Shown one piece after another: positions 1 to 16,188 of a DNA stretch of 64,000 nt. A program made the position numbers and the translations under genes. The notes under the pieces are model-generated. The model made no database searches and was not told the DNA's origin. It saw only the letters and a program-made list of their open reading frames with translations. The DNA comes from Eledone cirrhosa. Lineage: Eukaryota. The stretch's first letter is position 1. The number at the start of each line of letters is the position of its first letter. The stretch covers positions 41,478,001 through 41,542,000 of the forward strand of contig OZ024742.1 of NCBI GenBank assembly GCA_964016885.1. The letters run 5' to 3'.

Positions 1-187
1 GGAATTCTGTGGACAATTTCTAAGTATAATCTATACAACTGTAGCCATAAATTCACGAGACACTTTCAACAGAACATACCCTGAGCGTATGCGCGCATGC
101 ACGCACACACATGTGTATGGGAGAAATATATTTATATTTGTATACGCGTGCGTGCGTGCGCGCTTACACATGCGCGCTCGCGCGCGC

Positions 188-253
<66 letters not shown>

Positions 254-390
254 GTGTATGTGTGGTTGTATGGGTAGTCTTATTTTGTTTTTATTTTTTC
301 CTTTCCTTCTTCCTTCTCCAGCCTCACTTTCATATAGCTTGCTTTTTTTGTTTTTAAGATCCAAATTCAATAAACAAACCAGGATTTTTT

Positions 391-444
391 CGTTCTGAGG
401 ATTGAAAGCAAAACCTTTTGCTTTTAAGAAACCACTGGTAAATG
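391..444 (+). ncRNA. Type I hammerhead ribozyme (PLE pLTR-associated)
   Basis: CGTT-CTGAGGA-[TTGAAAGCAAAA cc TTTTGCTTTTAA]-GAAA-CCACTGG-TA-AATG: intact core, long stem II, GUA cleavage triplet. Confidence 0.8.
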
Positions 445-476
445 GAATAATTGCCTTATGTTGTTTATTACATAAT

Positions 477-507
<31 letters not shown>

Positions 508-511
<4 letters not shown>

Positions 512-1060
512 GATAAATCTACCAAGAGTTTACGGTAGTGTCCAATCCGTATGAAGAACTCAATGTATTCCGGATATCATGGAAAGAAGAGATGTAATGA
601 AAAATCACTTTCGGTGAAAGATAAACGGTATACAGAGTCAAGATAAAATATTAAACAAATAATGAATAAAACAATGAAACAGTTCCTTATATTAAACAAA
701 AAAAGTTCATTATTTAACGATCGTTTCTAGGATATATATGTGTTAGAATTGGCATGCATATTCAACAGATCTATGTACAAAATTATACAAAATTATACAA
801 ACTATCAAGATTAAATATACATACCAACACATATATACGCCGTCTTCAGAATCTGATTATTTCTGAAGACGGCGTATATATGTGTTGGTATGTATATTTA
901 ATCTTGATAGTTTGTATAATTTTGTATAATTTTGTACATAGATCTGTTGAATATGCATGCCAATTCTAACACATATATATCCTAGAAACGATCGTTAAAT
1001 AATGAACTTTTTTTGTTTAATATAAGGAACTGTTTCATTGTTTTATTCATTATTTGTTTA

Positions 1061-1068
<8 letters not shown>
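508..1068. repeat. Fold-back of a pLTR family: ~210-bp inverted arms 641-851 / 861-1068, left arm extends to 508
   Basis: Near-perfect reverse complement around TCTGATTAT; both outer ends abut (TA)n; the same sequence recurs at 5760-6113. Confidence 0.9.
856..1003 (+). ncRNA. Hammerhead ribozyme with ~115-nt stem II (antisense copy with truncated stem I at 709-851)
   Basis: ATTATTT-CTGAAGA-...TATATATGTGTTGG...CTAACACATATATA...-GAAA-CGATCG-TT-AAATAAT. Confidence 0.7.
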
Positions 1069-1128
<60 letters not shown>

Positions 1129-1280
1129 GTTATACTTTGGGAGGGTCATGTTGCCAATAAGAAACATACAGGCACCAGTTGCTTTCACTCCAATTTATTA
1201 TAAATTAAATTATAAATTTTTAAATTTATAAATTTCCAGTTGGTTGGTTGGTTCCACAACCGGATGGTTGTTCATATATT

Positions 1281-1323
1281 GTCAAAGTTCTTTCGTCACA
1301 CATTCTGTGACCTCTTCAGTGAC
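1281..1323 (-). ncRNA. Minimal hammerhead in Naiad pLTR
   Basis: GTCA-CTGAAGA-GGTCACAGAATGTGTGAC-GAAA-GAAC-TT-TGAC. Confidence 0.75.
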
Positions 1324-2184
1324 TGGGGATTCTTTTCTTTGTTTGTGCCTCCCTCTCCTTTGTTCTGTCCTACGCCATCTTATTTTTCTGTGTGTTGTGT
1401 GCTTAGTTTGCGCATGTGTAACATCCGAGTGTCGGTGTGTGTTTTTATTTGTTTATTTATTTGGTTATTTACATGTTACTGGTTGGTTGTTTGTTCTATG
1501 TGTGTGTGTTTTCATTTTGTCCTTAATTGTAAGTTGTGATGTTGCTATTCCATTCATGTTTTCTATTTAATTTTGGTTGGAGTTCATTTATGTTTATTGC
1601 CTCTGTGATTTGTCTAAACATTGCGTCTTTTCTGTGTGTAGATTTTATTTTTATTTCTGTTCTCTAATATGCCCTTATGTTCTATTTTAGCATGTTGGTG
1701 GAGTACTGATGATTCTTTTCTATCTTGAAGCTCTCGCCAGTGTTCATTTAATCGTTCTACTATATTACGAGCTGTCTCACCTATGTACAATATATTCTTA
1801 TCTTTACATTGTCCTTCAATACATCTTATGCTATATACTATGTTTCTAGTTTTACAGTTAATATGGGGGCTAAGTTTACAGAATATACATTTCTTATCTA
1901 TACAGGGAGGTTTTTGAAAAGGGTATGTATTACTAATAAGTGTTTTTATGGAGGTACCTGGTCTTTCTACTATCTTAATATTTAGTTTAAGTTTATCTAG
2001 GGCCCTTCTAAATTTGTAAGCTAGTTCACCGCTAGGAGTTGTATTGATAAACATTACACTGGTATTTATTGCTTTCATACCATGAGTTTATTCTATTAAC
2101 CTTATTCCTAGTTCTTTCTATTCTATTCCAAAATGTGCTCCTATACAAGGGGCAGGTCCCATTTGTATCATTATTTACCATTTT

Positions 2185-2309
2185 CCCTTTACGATTTGAG
2201 TTCAATTCCCGCCGAGGTTTACTTTGCCTTTCAACCTTACGGGGTCGATAAAATAAAGTACCAGTAATGTACTGGGATAATTGCTGGCCTTGTGCCAAAA
2301 GTAGAAACA
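2185..2309 (+). mobile_element. 5'-truncated tRNA-derived (octopus-type) SINE inserted in the PLE ORF
   Basis: B-box-like GAGTTCAATTCCC; 15-bp TSD ATTATTTACCATTTT at 2170-2184 and 2310-2324; second copy at 63632-63805. Confidence 0.85.
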
Positions 2310-2769
2310 ATTATTTACCATTTTTTCCCATTTGGTTCTGGCTCCTCTATATACTCTGATTTTATCTCTCTGATTGTAACTAGAGAACTGCATACGGTGG
2401 ATGAAGTGTTGTATGTGTCTCTCTAGTTCTTTGGGGTTGCACATGCGGGACACGTTTCTCATCACCCGTACTAAATCCGCAATCAGTATGTTGATTTTGG
2501 TGTGATCCGAAGCAGCTAAGGTAGAGTACAGGATGAAGGTGGTGGGTGTGTATGTGTTAAAAGTAAGTTAGAAAAAAAGGGTTGGGGGGGGGGGGGGGAG
2601 TTGTATAAATCAAATGAAATAAATAGATAAACATGAGGGGGAAAAAATGTATATATTGGTAGAAAGTATGTGTTTATATGATAAACTGGGTAAGAAGTAG
2701 TGTTCATAGGTGATCATATTGGTAGTGAGTGGAAGGCGTAATATGTAAAGAGGAAGCTCAGGGTGGTTG

Positions 2770-3345
2770 AGTAATCGTTGGTGTGTTAATCCAGCTAAAA
2801 AGTAGATGCGATTTCAGGTGCGGACAACATCTAAAGATCTCGGTGTTAGAGTTGAGGCAAATGGGAGGGGTTTCAGGTTTTGGAGAATTCTAAATTTTTC
2901 CGCAGTACACAAAGAACATTTCTTTGTGCCCCTTTGGTATTCACTTGAGTGGTCTGAAATAGACCAAACAATAGAGTGTGGAATGTTTCTGTTTTTAAAC
3001 TCACACACTTTATTTGCCAGCGCCGTTGCTGTTCTTTTTTCAGGGTGCTTTAAAGAAGCGACATGTGCATAATACCTGGTTTTAAATCTGTCCTGAGTCA
3101 TGCCAACATATCGCTCACTTCTGGCTGGCTGGTTATTAATAATCGTTGTCAACTTGGCCTCAGACACAATGGATTTAGTATTACATTTGCCCTGTAATGG
3201 GCATTCTTCCGGTTTCCTGCAGCTGCATCCTGAATTTTCTCTAGTACCATTTGAGTTGATAATTTTAGTTTTCATTGATGGGCAGCAAGAGTAGCTAATT
3301 TTAACTACATTTTTATTAAATATTTTATTATATCTATGATGTTTT
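2770..3345 (-). pseudogene. Hydra-type PLE GIY-YIG endonuclease fragment
   Basis: ORF 2814-3275: CSCRKPEECPLQGKC, YVGMTQDRFKTRYYAH, CSLCTAEK. Confidence 0.8.
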
Positions 3346-3442
3346 CCCTCTCAATTTTTGCCCGTTATTTGATTTCAGCGTCACTTTCATATTTCCTAAA
3401 CTTTGTTTTCAAATCCATATTTAATAAACATTCCATATTATT

Positions 3443-3500
3443 CTTTCTGACGACTGAAGACAGATATAAATATCTGTCTTCAAGAAACCACTGGTAAATG
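3443..3500 (+). ncRNA. Hammerhead ribozyme, same family as 391-444
   Basis: CTGACGA-[CTGAAGACAGATA taaa TATCTGTCTTCAA]-GAAA-CCACTGG-TA-AATG. Confidence 0.8.
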
Positions 3501-3698
3501 AATTAATTATCTAATGTTTATTACATAACTAAAACAGTCTGTAGCTCTCTCTCCTATAGCAATTGTCTCTAGCTTACATTAACTCTCTTCGCTACCCCTA
3601 TCTGAACTCTTGACCAGTCCTTTAACACAATTGAGATACACACACATATATACAGAAAAATTTTCTCTCCCTAAAAATAATTTTGTTCTGTGAAAAGA

Positions 3699-3824
3699 CA
3701 CCACCACCACCACCACCACCACCACAACCACTACTACTATTACTACTATTACCCCCCCCCCCCCCCTACTACTACTACCACCACCACCACCACTACTACT
3801 ATTACTACTACTACCACCACCACC

Positions 3825-3882
<58 letters not shown>

Positions 3883-3883
3883 G

Positions 3884-3920
<37 letters not shown>

Positions 3921-3950
3921 GCCACCACCACCACAACCACCACCACCACC
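3699..3950. repeat. (CAC)n/(TAC)n trinucleotide microsatellite
   Basis: Directly visible; produces spurious poly-H/T/Y/V ORFs. Confidence 0.95.
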
Positions 3951-4034
3951 ATTTTTTCAGTAATGTCACTTTGACGGATCAAAGAAGAAAAAAAGAAAAG
4001 CCGATCCTTTAAATATATTTTCCGTGCTGTTTCC

Positions 4035-4091
<57 letters not shown>

Positions 4092-4443
4092 CCTCCCCTC
4101 TCTCTCTATATATATGGGATAACAAGTTTTCGTTTTAGGTAATCCAGTTAGAGGCTGTGAGTAATCTGTACTATGGATAGTTTTAACGTACGGCGTTGTT
4201 TGATTCAACAAGTGTCGAGTGACGCAATTTCGAGTGATTAACGGCCTTTAGACTCACCTGATCAATGAAACAATTGTTAATACTGTAAATAAAACCCTTT
4301 TTGTACAGCCGACCATGTTATTCTTCACTCTTTCACTACTATATATATATATATAAGTAAAAGGTAAACATAAATAACAACACAATCGGTACAGTATATG
4401 GAAGGTATATATTAGGTTAACGCTTGATATAGCAGGAAGAGGG

Positions 4444-4479
4444 TCTTAAAGTTTCGGACGTTAGTCCTTCATCAGAAGA
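4444..4479 (-). ncRNA. Minimal hammerhead with decayed stem III
   Basis: TCTT-CTGATGA-AGGACTAACGTCC-GAAA-CTTT-AAGA. Confidence 0.65.
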
Positions 4480-4697
4480 AAGAATGAGACACAAAATAGA
4501 TTGAGGAGACGGGCGGAATGGAATTGGAAAAAATGTCTTTAGATAAAAATAACAGGTCCATTCATGTTGACATCTCTTGCAAAATTGTTATTGGTGGCGT
4601 TTTGTGTATGATTTGTTTTTTAGAAAAGTGGATGATGGAGCGCGTCTACCTGAAATGAAATAAAAAAAAAGTTTTGTAAAAAGAGCTATACTTGAGA

Positions 4698-4739
<42 letters not shown>

Positions 4740-4759
4740 GGGAGAGAGAGAGAGAGAGA

Positions 4760-4843
<84 letters not shown>

Positions 4844-4864
4844 ATTTGCTTCGAAGTCGCTAGA

Positions 4865-4955
4865 CATATCTGAGGAACTTGCGAATCCAGAGTCAGGTTC
4901 GATCCACAAATAGATCGTACATCGAGCTGTTCACCGCAGAAACAATTATAATACG
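4865..4955 (+). ncRNA. Degenerate hammerhead with extended stem II
   Basis: CATAT-CTGAGGA-acTTGCG...CCGCA-GAAA-CAATTA-TA-ATACG. Confidence 0.5.
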
Positions 4956-5061
4956 TTAATAAAATGTGATTCTTCGTTTTCCATATTATTATACTCTGCT
5001 CTGAAGGAGCATAGAGTGCTCAACCGTCTATGGACGCATCTAAGCAACCTTACTACAAATG

Positions 5062-5207
<146 letters not shown>

Positions 5208-5218
5208 TATCTACATAC

Positions 5219-5249
<31 letters not shown>

Positions 5250-5286
5250 TATATATATATACATACATCACTTATATATTTATATA

Positions 5287-5381
<95 letters not shown>

Positions 5382-5759
5382 CTCTTTTACTCTTTTACTC
5401 TTTTTACTGTTAGGTAGGTTTATGCATATACGCGCGCGTGTGTGTGAGTGTACGGATGTGTGTGAGTATGAGAATATGTGTATACACTTATTTCATATTT
5501 ATGTGTCTATACGCATTTTATCTGTGGATTATAAACTTACAGAGACATTAGCCTAAAATTTTGTATTTGCATACATCTTTTTGGCATGCGTATGCATGTT
5601 GAGCATATATCTTTGTATAAATATGTGTACGGGATTAGTTACATGTATATACACACACCAAACTGCATAAAAACTTTTTGTATTTTCATTGGTCAATTTT
5701 GAACTCCGTTCCCAAACGGACCTGAAATTTTGAATTGTTGTTATTATCAATAAATATAT

Positions 5760-5915
5760 TTCATTATTTCTGAAGACGGCATATATGTGTGTTTGGTATG
5801 TATATTTAATCTTGATAGTTTGTATAATTTTGTAATAATTTTGTACATAGATCTGTTGAATATGCATGCCAATTCTAACACATATATATCCTAGAAACGA
5901 TCGTTAAATAATGAA
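5760..5915 (+). ncRNA. Hammerhead with 10-bp stem I and ~120-nt stem II, inside a pLTR ending at ~6113
   Basis: TTCATTATTT-CTGAAGA...GAAA-CGATCG-TT-AAATAATGAA; near-identical to the 508-1068 family. Confidence 0.75.
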
Positions 5916-6109
5916 CTTTTTTTGTTTAATATAAGGAACTGTTTCATTGTTTTATTCATTATTTGTTTAATATTTTATCTTGACTCTGTATTCCGTTTAT
6001 CTTTCACCGAAAGTGATTTTTCATTACATCTCTTCTTTCCATGATATCCGGAATACATTGAGTTCTTCATACGGATTGGACACTACCGTAAACTCTTGGT
6101 AGATTTATC

Positions 6110-6205
<96 letters not shown>

Positions 6206-6252
6206 ATACATATATATATATATATATATATGTATATACATATATATACATA

Positions 6253-6316
<64 letters not shown>

Positions 6317-6385
6317 TATATATTATATATATATAAAGAATGAATAATAACAGGTAGACATCATAAAAAGGTAGTTTATTCCGTG

Positions 6386-6498
6386 TGCTTACAAAGTGTT
6401 TCCACGGTGGTGCTGCAGCCTAGTTACACTACGTGCAAATTCACAAGTATTTGCAGAACTCGAATATCCAATGCTGTGACCACTGTTTCCTCAGAGCA
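6386..6498 (-). ncRNA. Hammerhead in left arm of block A (antisense polarity; one per unit)
   Basis: Reverse complement of 6844-6955; arms 6334-6527 / 6815-7010. Confidence 0.6.
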
Positions 6499-6843
6499 GA
6501 ATGGTAAATATACAATGTAAAAACCCTATATATCTCTCTCTACATCCATTACACTCTCTCTCTCTCATCTTTGACCTACCTCCCTCTCAACATTTATGAA
6601 CCTGCCCTCTGGGGCAATAAATAATTCCGACCTCAACTATCTACACATCTCTCCAAAAGTAACTAATAAAACCCCTACCATAACATTTTGATTAAGATAT
6701 CTACAAGCCACTCTCTCCTACTTCTCCAACCCCTGCATATCTTTCCTTCTCTCTCCTTCTTCCCTACTTTTCTCTCTTCCTGTTCCACTCTATCTTCCCC
6801 AACAACCCCACTTAAGGGTTTTTACATTGTATATTTACCATTC

Positions 6844-6955
6844 TGCTCTGAGGAAACAGTGGTCACAGCATTGGATATTCGAGTTCTGCAAATACTTGTG
6901 AATTTGCACGTAGCGGGACTAGGCTGCAGCACCACCGTGGAAACACTTGTAAGCA
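6844..6955 (+). ncRNA. Hammerhead with branched ~85-nt stem II in right arm of block A (one per unit)
   Basis: TGCT-CTGAGGA-AACAGTGGT...ACCACCGTG-GAAA-CACTTG-TA-AGCA; the stem II closing pair is an A-G mismatch. Confidence 0.6.
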
Positions 6956-7172
6956 CACGGAATAAACTACCTTTTTATGATGTCTACCTGTTATTATTCA
7001 TTCTTTATATACACTCCGGAATACTGAAGGATCAGGAACTAAGTTTCTTGAACAATTCTTCCATAACCCGTAGAGTAACCTCTTACCGTACGTCAACCAT
7101 ATCCAGTGTAGCAATTAACCACCACTACATCTTGGATAATCCTATACCTAATAATATATATATATATATGTA

Positions 7173-7215
<43 letters not shown>

Positions 7216-7246
7216 ATGTATATATATATATATACATATATATATG

Positions 7247-7310
<64 letters not shown>

Positions 7311-7316
7311 CATATA

Positions 7317-7394
<78 letters not shown>

Positions 7395-7411
7395 TATATG
7401 TATATGATATT

Positions 7412-7454
<43 letters not shown>

Positions 7455-7475
7455 GTATATACATATATATATGTA

Positions 7476-7580
<105 letters not shown>

Positions 7581-7735
7581 CTGCGGCTGGTTTGACCTAC
7601 CTCCTTCTGCCTCTATCTTTACTTCGGCCCTTGATAAACCTGTTTCTACATCATCCACTCTCATCCCAGGAACAGTTTTGATAGCGCTAGTTCGTAATTT
7701 AAATTCATGAATTTTATATTCTTCGAATGAAAAGA

Positions 7736-7819
7736 ACCTTCTGACGAGAATCTTTCTTTGCAACGAAGGCCGTATGGTCTCCGTTTTATTTTTGGGATTC
7801 GAAACCGATCGGTAAAGGT
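7736..7819 (+). ncRNA. Hammerhead in block B (copies at 9766-9849, 11879-11962, 13956-14039)
   Basis: ACCTT-CTGACGA-GAATCT...GGGATTC-GAAA-CCGATCGG-TA-AAGGT: canonical core, G-C stem II closure, palindromic stem III. Confidence 0.85.
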
Positions 7820-7886
7820 AACTATAGTAGGTAAAGTCAATTTTTTAAAATTTATATTGAAACTTTTTCATTATTTGCTAAACCTT

Positions 7887-7954
<68 letters not shown>

Positions 7955-8025
7955 ATATATATATATGTGTGTATGTATATATATATATATATGTATGTAT
8001 ACATTAGCGTACACACGCATATTAG

Positions 8026-8095
<70 letters not shown>

Positions 8096-8170
8096 TGTAT
8101 ATACATATATATACATATATATATATGTATATATATATATACATACACACATATATATATATATATATAT

Positions 8171-8222
<52 letters not shown>

Positions 8223-8229
8223 ATACATA

Positions 8230-8260
<31 letters not shown>

Positions 8261-8313
8261 ATACATATATATATATATATATATATGTATATACATATAT
8301 ATATACATATATA

Positions 8314-8375
<62 letters not shown>

Positions 8376-9210
8376 AATGAATAATAACAGGTAGACATCA
8401 TAAAAAGGTAGTTTATTCCGTGTGCTTACAAGTGTTTCCACGGTGGTGCTGCAGCCTAGTCCCGCTACGTGCAAATTCACAAGTATTTGCAGAACTCGAA
8501 TATCCAATGCTGTGACCACTGTTTCCTCAGAGCAGAATGGTAAATATACAATGTAAAAACCCTATATATCTCTCTCTACATCCATTACACTCTCTCTCTC
8601 TCATCTTTGACCTACCTCCCTCTCAACATTTATGAACCTGCCCTCTGGGGCAATAAATAATTCCGACCTCAACTATCTACACATCTCTCCAAAAGTAACT
8701 AATAAAACCCCTACCATAACATTTTGATTAAGATATCTACAAGCCACTCTCTCCTACTTCTCCAACCCCTGCATATCTTTCCTTCTCTCTCCTTCTTCCC
8801 TACTTTTCTCTCTTCCTATTCCACTCTATCTTCCCCAACAACCCCACTTAAGGGTTTTTACATTGTATATTTACCATTCTGCTCTGAGGAAACAGTGGTC
8901 ACAGCATTGGATATTCGAGTTCTGCAAATACTTGTGAATTTGCACGTAGCGGGACTAGGCTGCAGCACCACCGTGGAAACACTTGTAAGCACACGGAATA
9001 AACTACCTTTTTATGATGTCTACCTGTTATTATTCATTCTTTATATACACTCCGGAATACTGAAGGATCAGGAACTAAGTTTCTTGAACAATTCTTCCAT
9101 AACTCGTAGAGTAACCTCTTACCGTACGTCAACCATATCCAGTGTAGCAATTAACCACCACTACATCTTGGATAATCCTATACCTAATAATATATATATA
9201 TATATATGTA

Positions 9211-9247
<37 letters not shown>

Positions 9248-9272
9248 ATGTATATATATATATATACATATA

Positions 9273-9318
<46 letters not shown>

Positions 9319-9340
9319 CATATATATATATATACATATA

Positions 9341-9426
<86 letters not shown>

Positions 9427-9441
9427 TATGTATATGATATT

Positions 9442-9484
<43 letters not shown>

Positions 9485-9492
9485 GTATATAC

Positions 9493-9610
<118 letters not shown>

Positions 9611-9916
9611 CTGCGGCTGGTTTGACCTACCTCCTTCTGCCTCTATCTTTACTTCGGCCCTTGATAAACCTGTTTCTACATCATCCACTCTCATCCCAGG
9701 AACAGTTTTGATAGCGCTAGTTCGTAATTTAAATTCATGAATTTTATATTCTTCGAATGAAAAGAACCTTCTGACGAGAATCTTTCTTTGCAACGAAGGC
9801 CGTATGGTCTCCGTTTTATTTTTGGGATTCGAAACCGATCGGTAAAGGTAACTATAGTAGGTAAAGTCAATTTTTTAAAATTTATTTTGAAACTTTTTCA
9901 TTATTTGCTAAACCTT

Positions 9917-10010
<94 letters not shown>

Positions 10011-10102
10011 ATATATATATATGTGTGTATGTATATATATATATATGTGTATGTATACATTAGCGTACACACGCATATTAGCGTACACACGCATATTAGC
10101 GT

Positions 10103-10163
<61 letters not shown>

Positions 10164-10238
10164 TGTATATACATATATATACATATATATATATGTATAT
10201 ATATATATACATACACACATATATATATATATATATAT

Positions 10239-10318
<80 letters not shown>

Positions 10319-10365
10319 ATACATATATATATATATATATATATGTATATACATATATATACATA

Positions 10366-10453
<88 letters not shown>

Positions 10454-11296
10454 ATATAAAGAATGAATAATAACAGGTAGACATCATAAAAAGGTAGTTT
10501 ATTCCGTGTGCTTACAAGTGTTTCCACGGTGGTGCTGCAGCCTAGTTACACTACGTGCAAATTCACAAGTATTTGCAGAACTCGAATATCCAATGCTGTG
10601 ACCACTGTTTCCTCAGAGCAGAATGGTAAATATACAATGTAAAAACCCTATATATCTCTCTCTACATCCATTACACTCTCTCTCTCTCATCTTTGACCTA
10701 CCTCCCTCTCAACATTTATGAACCTGCCCTCTGGGGCAATAAATAATTCCGACCTCAACTATCTACACATCTCTCCAAAAGTAACTAATAAAACCCCTAC
10801 CATAACATTTTGATTAAGATATCTACAAGCCACTCTCTCCTACTTCTCCAACCCCTGCATATCTTTCCTTCTCTCTCCTTCTTCCCTACTTTTCTCTCTT
10901 CCTGTTCCACTCTATCTTCCCCAACAACCCCACTTAAGGGTTTTTACATTGTATATTTACCATTCTGCTCTGAGGAAACAGTGGTCACAGCATTGGATAT
11001 TCGAGTTCTGCAAATACTTGTGAATTTGCACGTAGCGGGACTAGGCTGCAGCACCACCGTGGAAACACTTGTAAGCACACGGAATAAACTACCTTTTTAT
11101 GATGTCTACCTGTTATTATTCATTCTTTATATACACTCCGGAATACTGAAGGATCAGGAACTAAGTTTCTTGAACAATTCTTCCATAACTCGTAGAGTAA
11201 CCTCTTACCGTACGTCAACCATATCCAGTGTAGCAATTAACCACCACTACATCTTGGATAATCCTATACCTAATAATATATATATATATATATGTA

Positions 11297-11343
<47 letters not shown>

Positions 11344-11368
11344 ATGTATATATATATATATACATATA

Positions 11369-11414
<46 letters not shown>

Positions 11415-11436
11415 CATATATATATATATACATATA

Positions 11437-11534
<98 letters not shown>

Positions 11535-11549
11535 TATGTATATGATATT

Positions 11550-11592
<43 letters not shown>

Positions 11593-11615
11593 GTATATAC
11601 ATATATATATGTATA

Positions 11616-11723
<108 letters not shown>

Positions 11724-12029
11724 CTGCGGCTGGTTTGACCTACCTCCTTCTGCCTCTATCTTTACTTCGGCCCTTGATAAACCTGTTTCTACATCATCCA
11801 CTCTCATCCCAGGAACAGTTTTGATAGCGCTAGTTCGTAATTTAAATTCATGAATTTTATATTCTTCGAATGAAAAGAACCTTCTGACGAGAATCTTTCT
11901 TTGCAACGAAGGCCGTATGGTCTCCGTTTTATTTTTGGGATTCGAAACCGATCGGTAAAGGTAACTATAGTAGGTAAAGTCAATTTTTTAAAATTTATAT
12001 TGAAACTTTTTCATTATTTGCTAAACCTT

Positions 12030-12073
<44 letters not shown>

Positions 12074-12147
12074 ATATATATATATGTGTGTATGTATATA
12101 TATATATATATGTATGTATACATTAGCGTACACACGCATATTAGCGT

Positions 12148-12228
<81 letters not shown>

Positions 12229-12303
12229 TGTATATACATATATATACATATATATATATGTATATATATATATACATACACACATATATATATATATATA
12301 TAT

Positions 12304-12357
<54 letters not shown>

Positions 12358-12364
12358 ATACATA

Positions 12365-12395
<31 letters not shown>

Positions 12396-12444
12396 ATACA
12401 TATATATATATATATATATATGTATATACATATATATATACATA

Positions 12445-12531
<87 letters not shown>

Positions 12532-13366
12532 AATGAATAATAACAGGTAGACATCATAAAAAGGTAGTTTATTCCGTGTGTTTACAAGTGTTTCCACGGT
12601 GGTGCTGCAGCCTAGTTACACTACGTGCAAATTCACAAGTATTTGCAGAACTCGAATATCCAATGCTGTGACCACTGTTTCCTCAGAGCAGAATGGTAAA
12701 TATACAATGTAAAAACCCTATATATCTCTCTCTACATCCATTACACTCTCTCTCTCTCATCTTTGACCTACCTCCCTCTCAACATTTATGAACCTGCCCT
12801 CTGGGGCAATAAATAATTCCGACCTCAACTATCTACACATCTCTCCAAAAGTAACTAATAAAACCCCTACCATAACATTTTGATTAAGATATCTACAAGC
12901 CACTCTCTCCTACTTCTCCAACCCCTGCATATCTTTCCTTCTCTCTCCTTCTTCCCTACTTTTCTCTCTTCCTGTTCCACTCTATCTTCCCCAACAACCC
13001 CACTTAAGGGTTTTTACATTGTATATTTACCATTCTGCTCTGAGGAAACAGTGGTCACAGCATTGGATATTCGAGTTCTGCAAATACTTGTGAATTTGCA
13101 CGTAGCGGGACTAGGCTGCAGCACCACCGTGGAAACACTTGTAAGCACACGGAATAAACTACCTTTTTATGATGTCTACCTGTTATTATTCATTCTTTAT
13201 ATACACTCCGGAATACTGAAGGATCAGGAACTAAGTTTCTTGAACAATTCTTCCATAACTCGTAGAGTAACCTCTTACCGTACGTCAACCATATCCAGTG
13301 TAGCAATTAACCACCACTACATCTTGGATAATCCTATACCTAATAATATATATATATATATATGTA

Positions 13367-13413
<47 letters not shown>

Positions 13414-13438
13414 ATGTATATATATATATATACATATA

Positions 13439-13486
<48 letters not shown>

Positions 13487-13508
13487 CATATATATATATA
13501 TACATATA

Positions 13509-13606
<98 letters not shown>

Positions 13607-13621
13607 TATGTATATGATATT

Positions 13622-13664
<43 letters not shown>

Positions 13665-13685
13665 GTATATACATATATATATGTA

Positions 13686-13800
<115 letters not shown>

Positions 13801-14106
13801 CTGCGGCTGGTTTGACCTACCTCCTTCTGCCTCTATCTTTACTTCGGCCCTTGATAAACCTGTTTCTACATCATCCACTCTCATCCCAGGAACAGTTTTG
13901 ATAGCGCTAGTTCGTAATTTAAATTCATGAATTTTATATTCTTCGAATGAAAAGAACCTTCTGACGAGAATCTTTCTTTGCAACGAAGGCCGTATGGTCT
14001 CCGTTTTATTTTTGGGATTCGAAACCGATCGGTAAAGGTAACTATAGTAGGTAAAGTCAATTTTTTAAAATTTATATTGAAACTTTTTCATTATTTGCTA
14101 AACCTT

Positions 14107-14150
<44 letters not shown>

Positions 14151-14224
14151 ATATATATATATGTGTGTATGTATATATATATATATATGTATGTATACAT
14201 TAGCGTACACACGCATATTAGCGT

Positions 14225-14305
<81 letters not shown>

Positions 14306-14380
14306 TGTATATACATATATATACATATATATATATGTATATATATATATACATACACACATATATATATATATATATAT

Positions 14381-14434
<54 letters not shown>

Positions 14435-14441
14435 ATACATA

Positions 14442-14472
<31 letters not shown>

Positions 14473-14521
14473 ATACATATATATATATATATATATATGT
14501 ATATACATATATATATACATA

Positions 14522-14600
<79 letters not shown>

Positions 14601-15491
14601 AATGAATAATAACAGGTAGACATCATAAAAAGGTAGTTTATTCCGTGTGTTTACAAGTGTTTCCACGGTGGTGCTGCAGCCTAGTTACACTACGTGCAAA
14701 TTCACAAGTATTTGCAGAACTCGAATATCCAATGCTGTGACCACTGTTTCCTCAGAGCAGAATGGTAAATATACAATGTAAAAACCCTATATATCTCTCT
14801 CTACATCCATTACACTCTCTCTCTCTCATCTTTGACCTACCTCCCTCTCAACATTTATGAACCTGCCCTCTGGGGCAATAAATAATTCCGACCTCAACTA
14901 TCTACACATCTCTCCAAAAGTAACTAATAAAACCCCTACCATAACATTTTGATTAAGATATCTACAAGCCACTCTCTCCTACTTCTCCAACCCCTGCATA
15001 TCTTTCCTTCTCTCTCCTTCTTCCCTACTTTTCTCTCTTCCTGTTCCACTCTATCTTCCCCAACAACCCCACTTAAGGGTTTTTACATTGTATATTTACC
15101 ATTCTGCTCTGAGGAAACAGTGGTCACAGCATTGGATATTCGAGTTCTGCAAATACTTGTGAATTTGCACGTAGTGTAACTAGGCTGCAGCACCACCGTG
15201 GAAACACTTGTAAGCACACGGAATAAACTACCTTTTTATGATGTCTACCTGTTATTATTCATTCTTTATATACACTCCGGAATACTGAAGGATCAGGAAC
15301 TAAGTTTCTTGAACAATTCTTCCATAACTCGTAGAGTAACCTCTTACCGTACGTCAACCATATCCAGTGTAGCAATTAACCACCACTACATCTTGGATAA
15401 TCCTATACCTAATAATATATATATATATGTATATATGTATATATATATATATATATATATGTGTGTATGTATATATATATATATACATATA

Positions 15492-15563
<72 letters not shown>

Positions 15564-15564
15564 C

Positions 15565-15656
<92 letters not shown>

Positions 15657-15662
15657 GATATT

Positions 15663-15695
<33 letters not shown>

Positions 15696-15703
15696 GTATA
15701 TAC

Positions 15704-15823
<120 letters not shown>

Positions 15824-16122
15824 TTCTTTCAACAAATTTTTGGTGAAACATATCTTTGGATTTGTACGTGTGTTATATAGTTATAGAGGTATTTATTTAC
15901 GCTTTAATTTATATTTTTGATCATCGTGTCTATAGTCTGCCTTTCATAGGTTATAGATTCCATACACTGGTGGTTTTTTCCCTGTATTATTGATAACGCA
16001 CTATATATCTCTCTGGTGTGTTATCTTTTCAACATATTGTATTTTAAAGAGCCTAGGATCTCTTCTCCTTTGAACACATTATTTACAGGGAATAGCGAGG
16101 GCCTATGCCTCCGTTAATTTAT

Positions 16123-16186
<64 letters not shown>

Positions 16187-16188
<2 letters not shown>

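Larger units (their letters stand above)
1128..2515 (-). mobile_element. 5'-truncated Naiad-type PLE: RT thumb, GIY-YIG endonuclease and pLTR (1128-1557)
   Basis: ORF pieces 2202-2465 and 1614-2078 (PFQKPPCIDKKCIFC, NIVYSIRC, YIGETAR); homologous to 39330-40580; ends in (TA)n. Confidence 0.9.
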
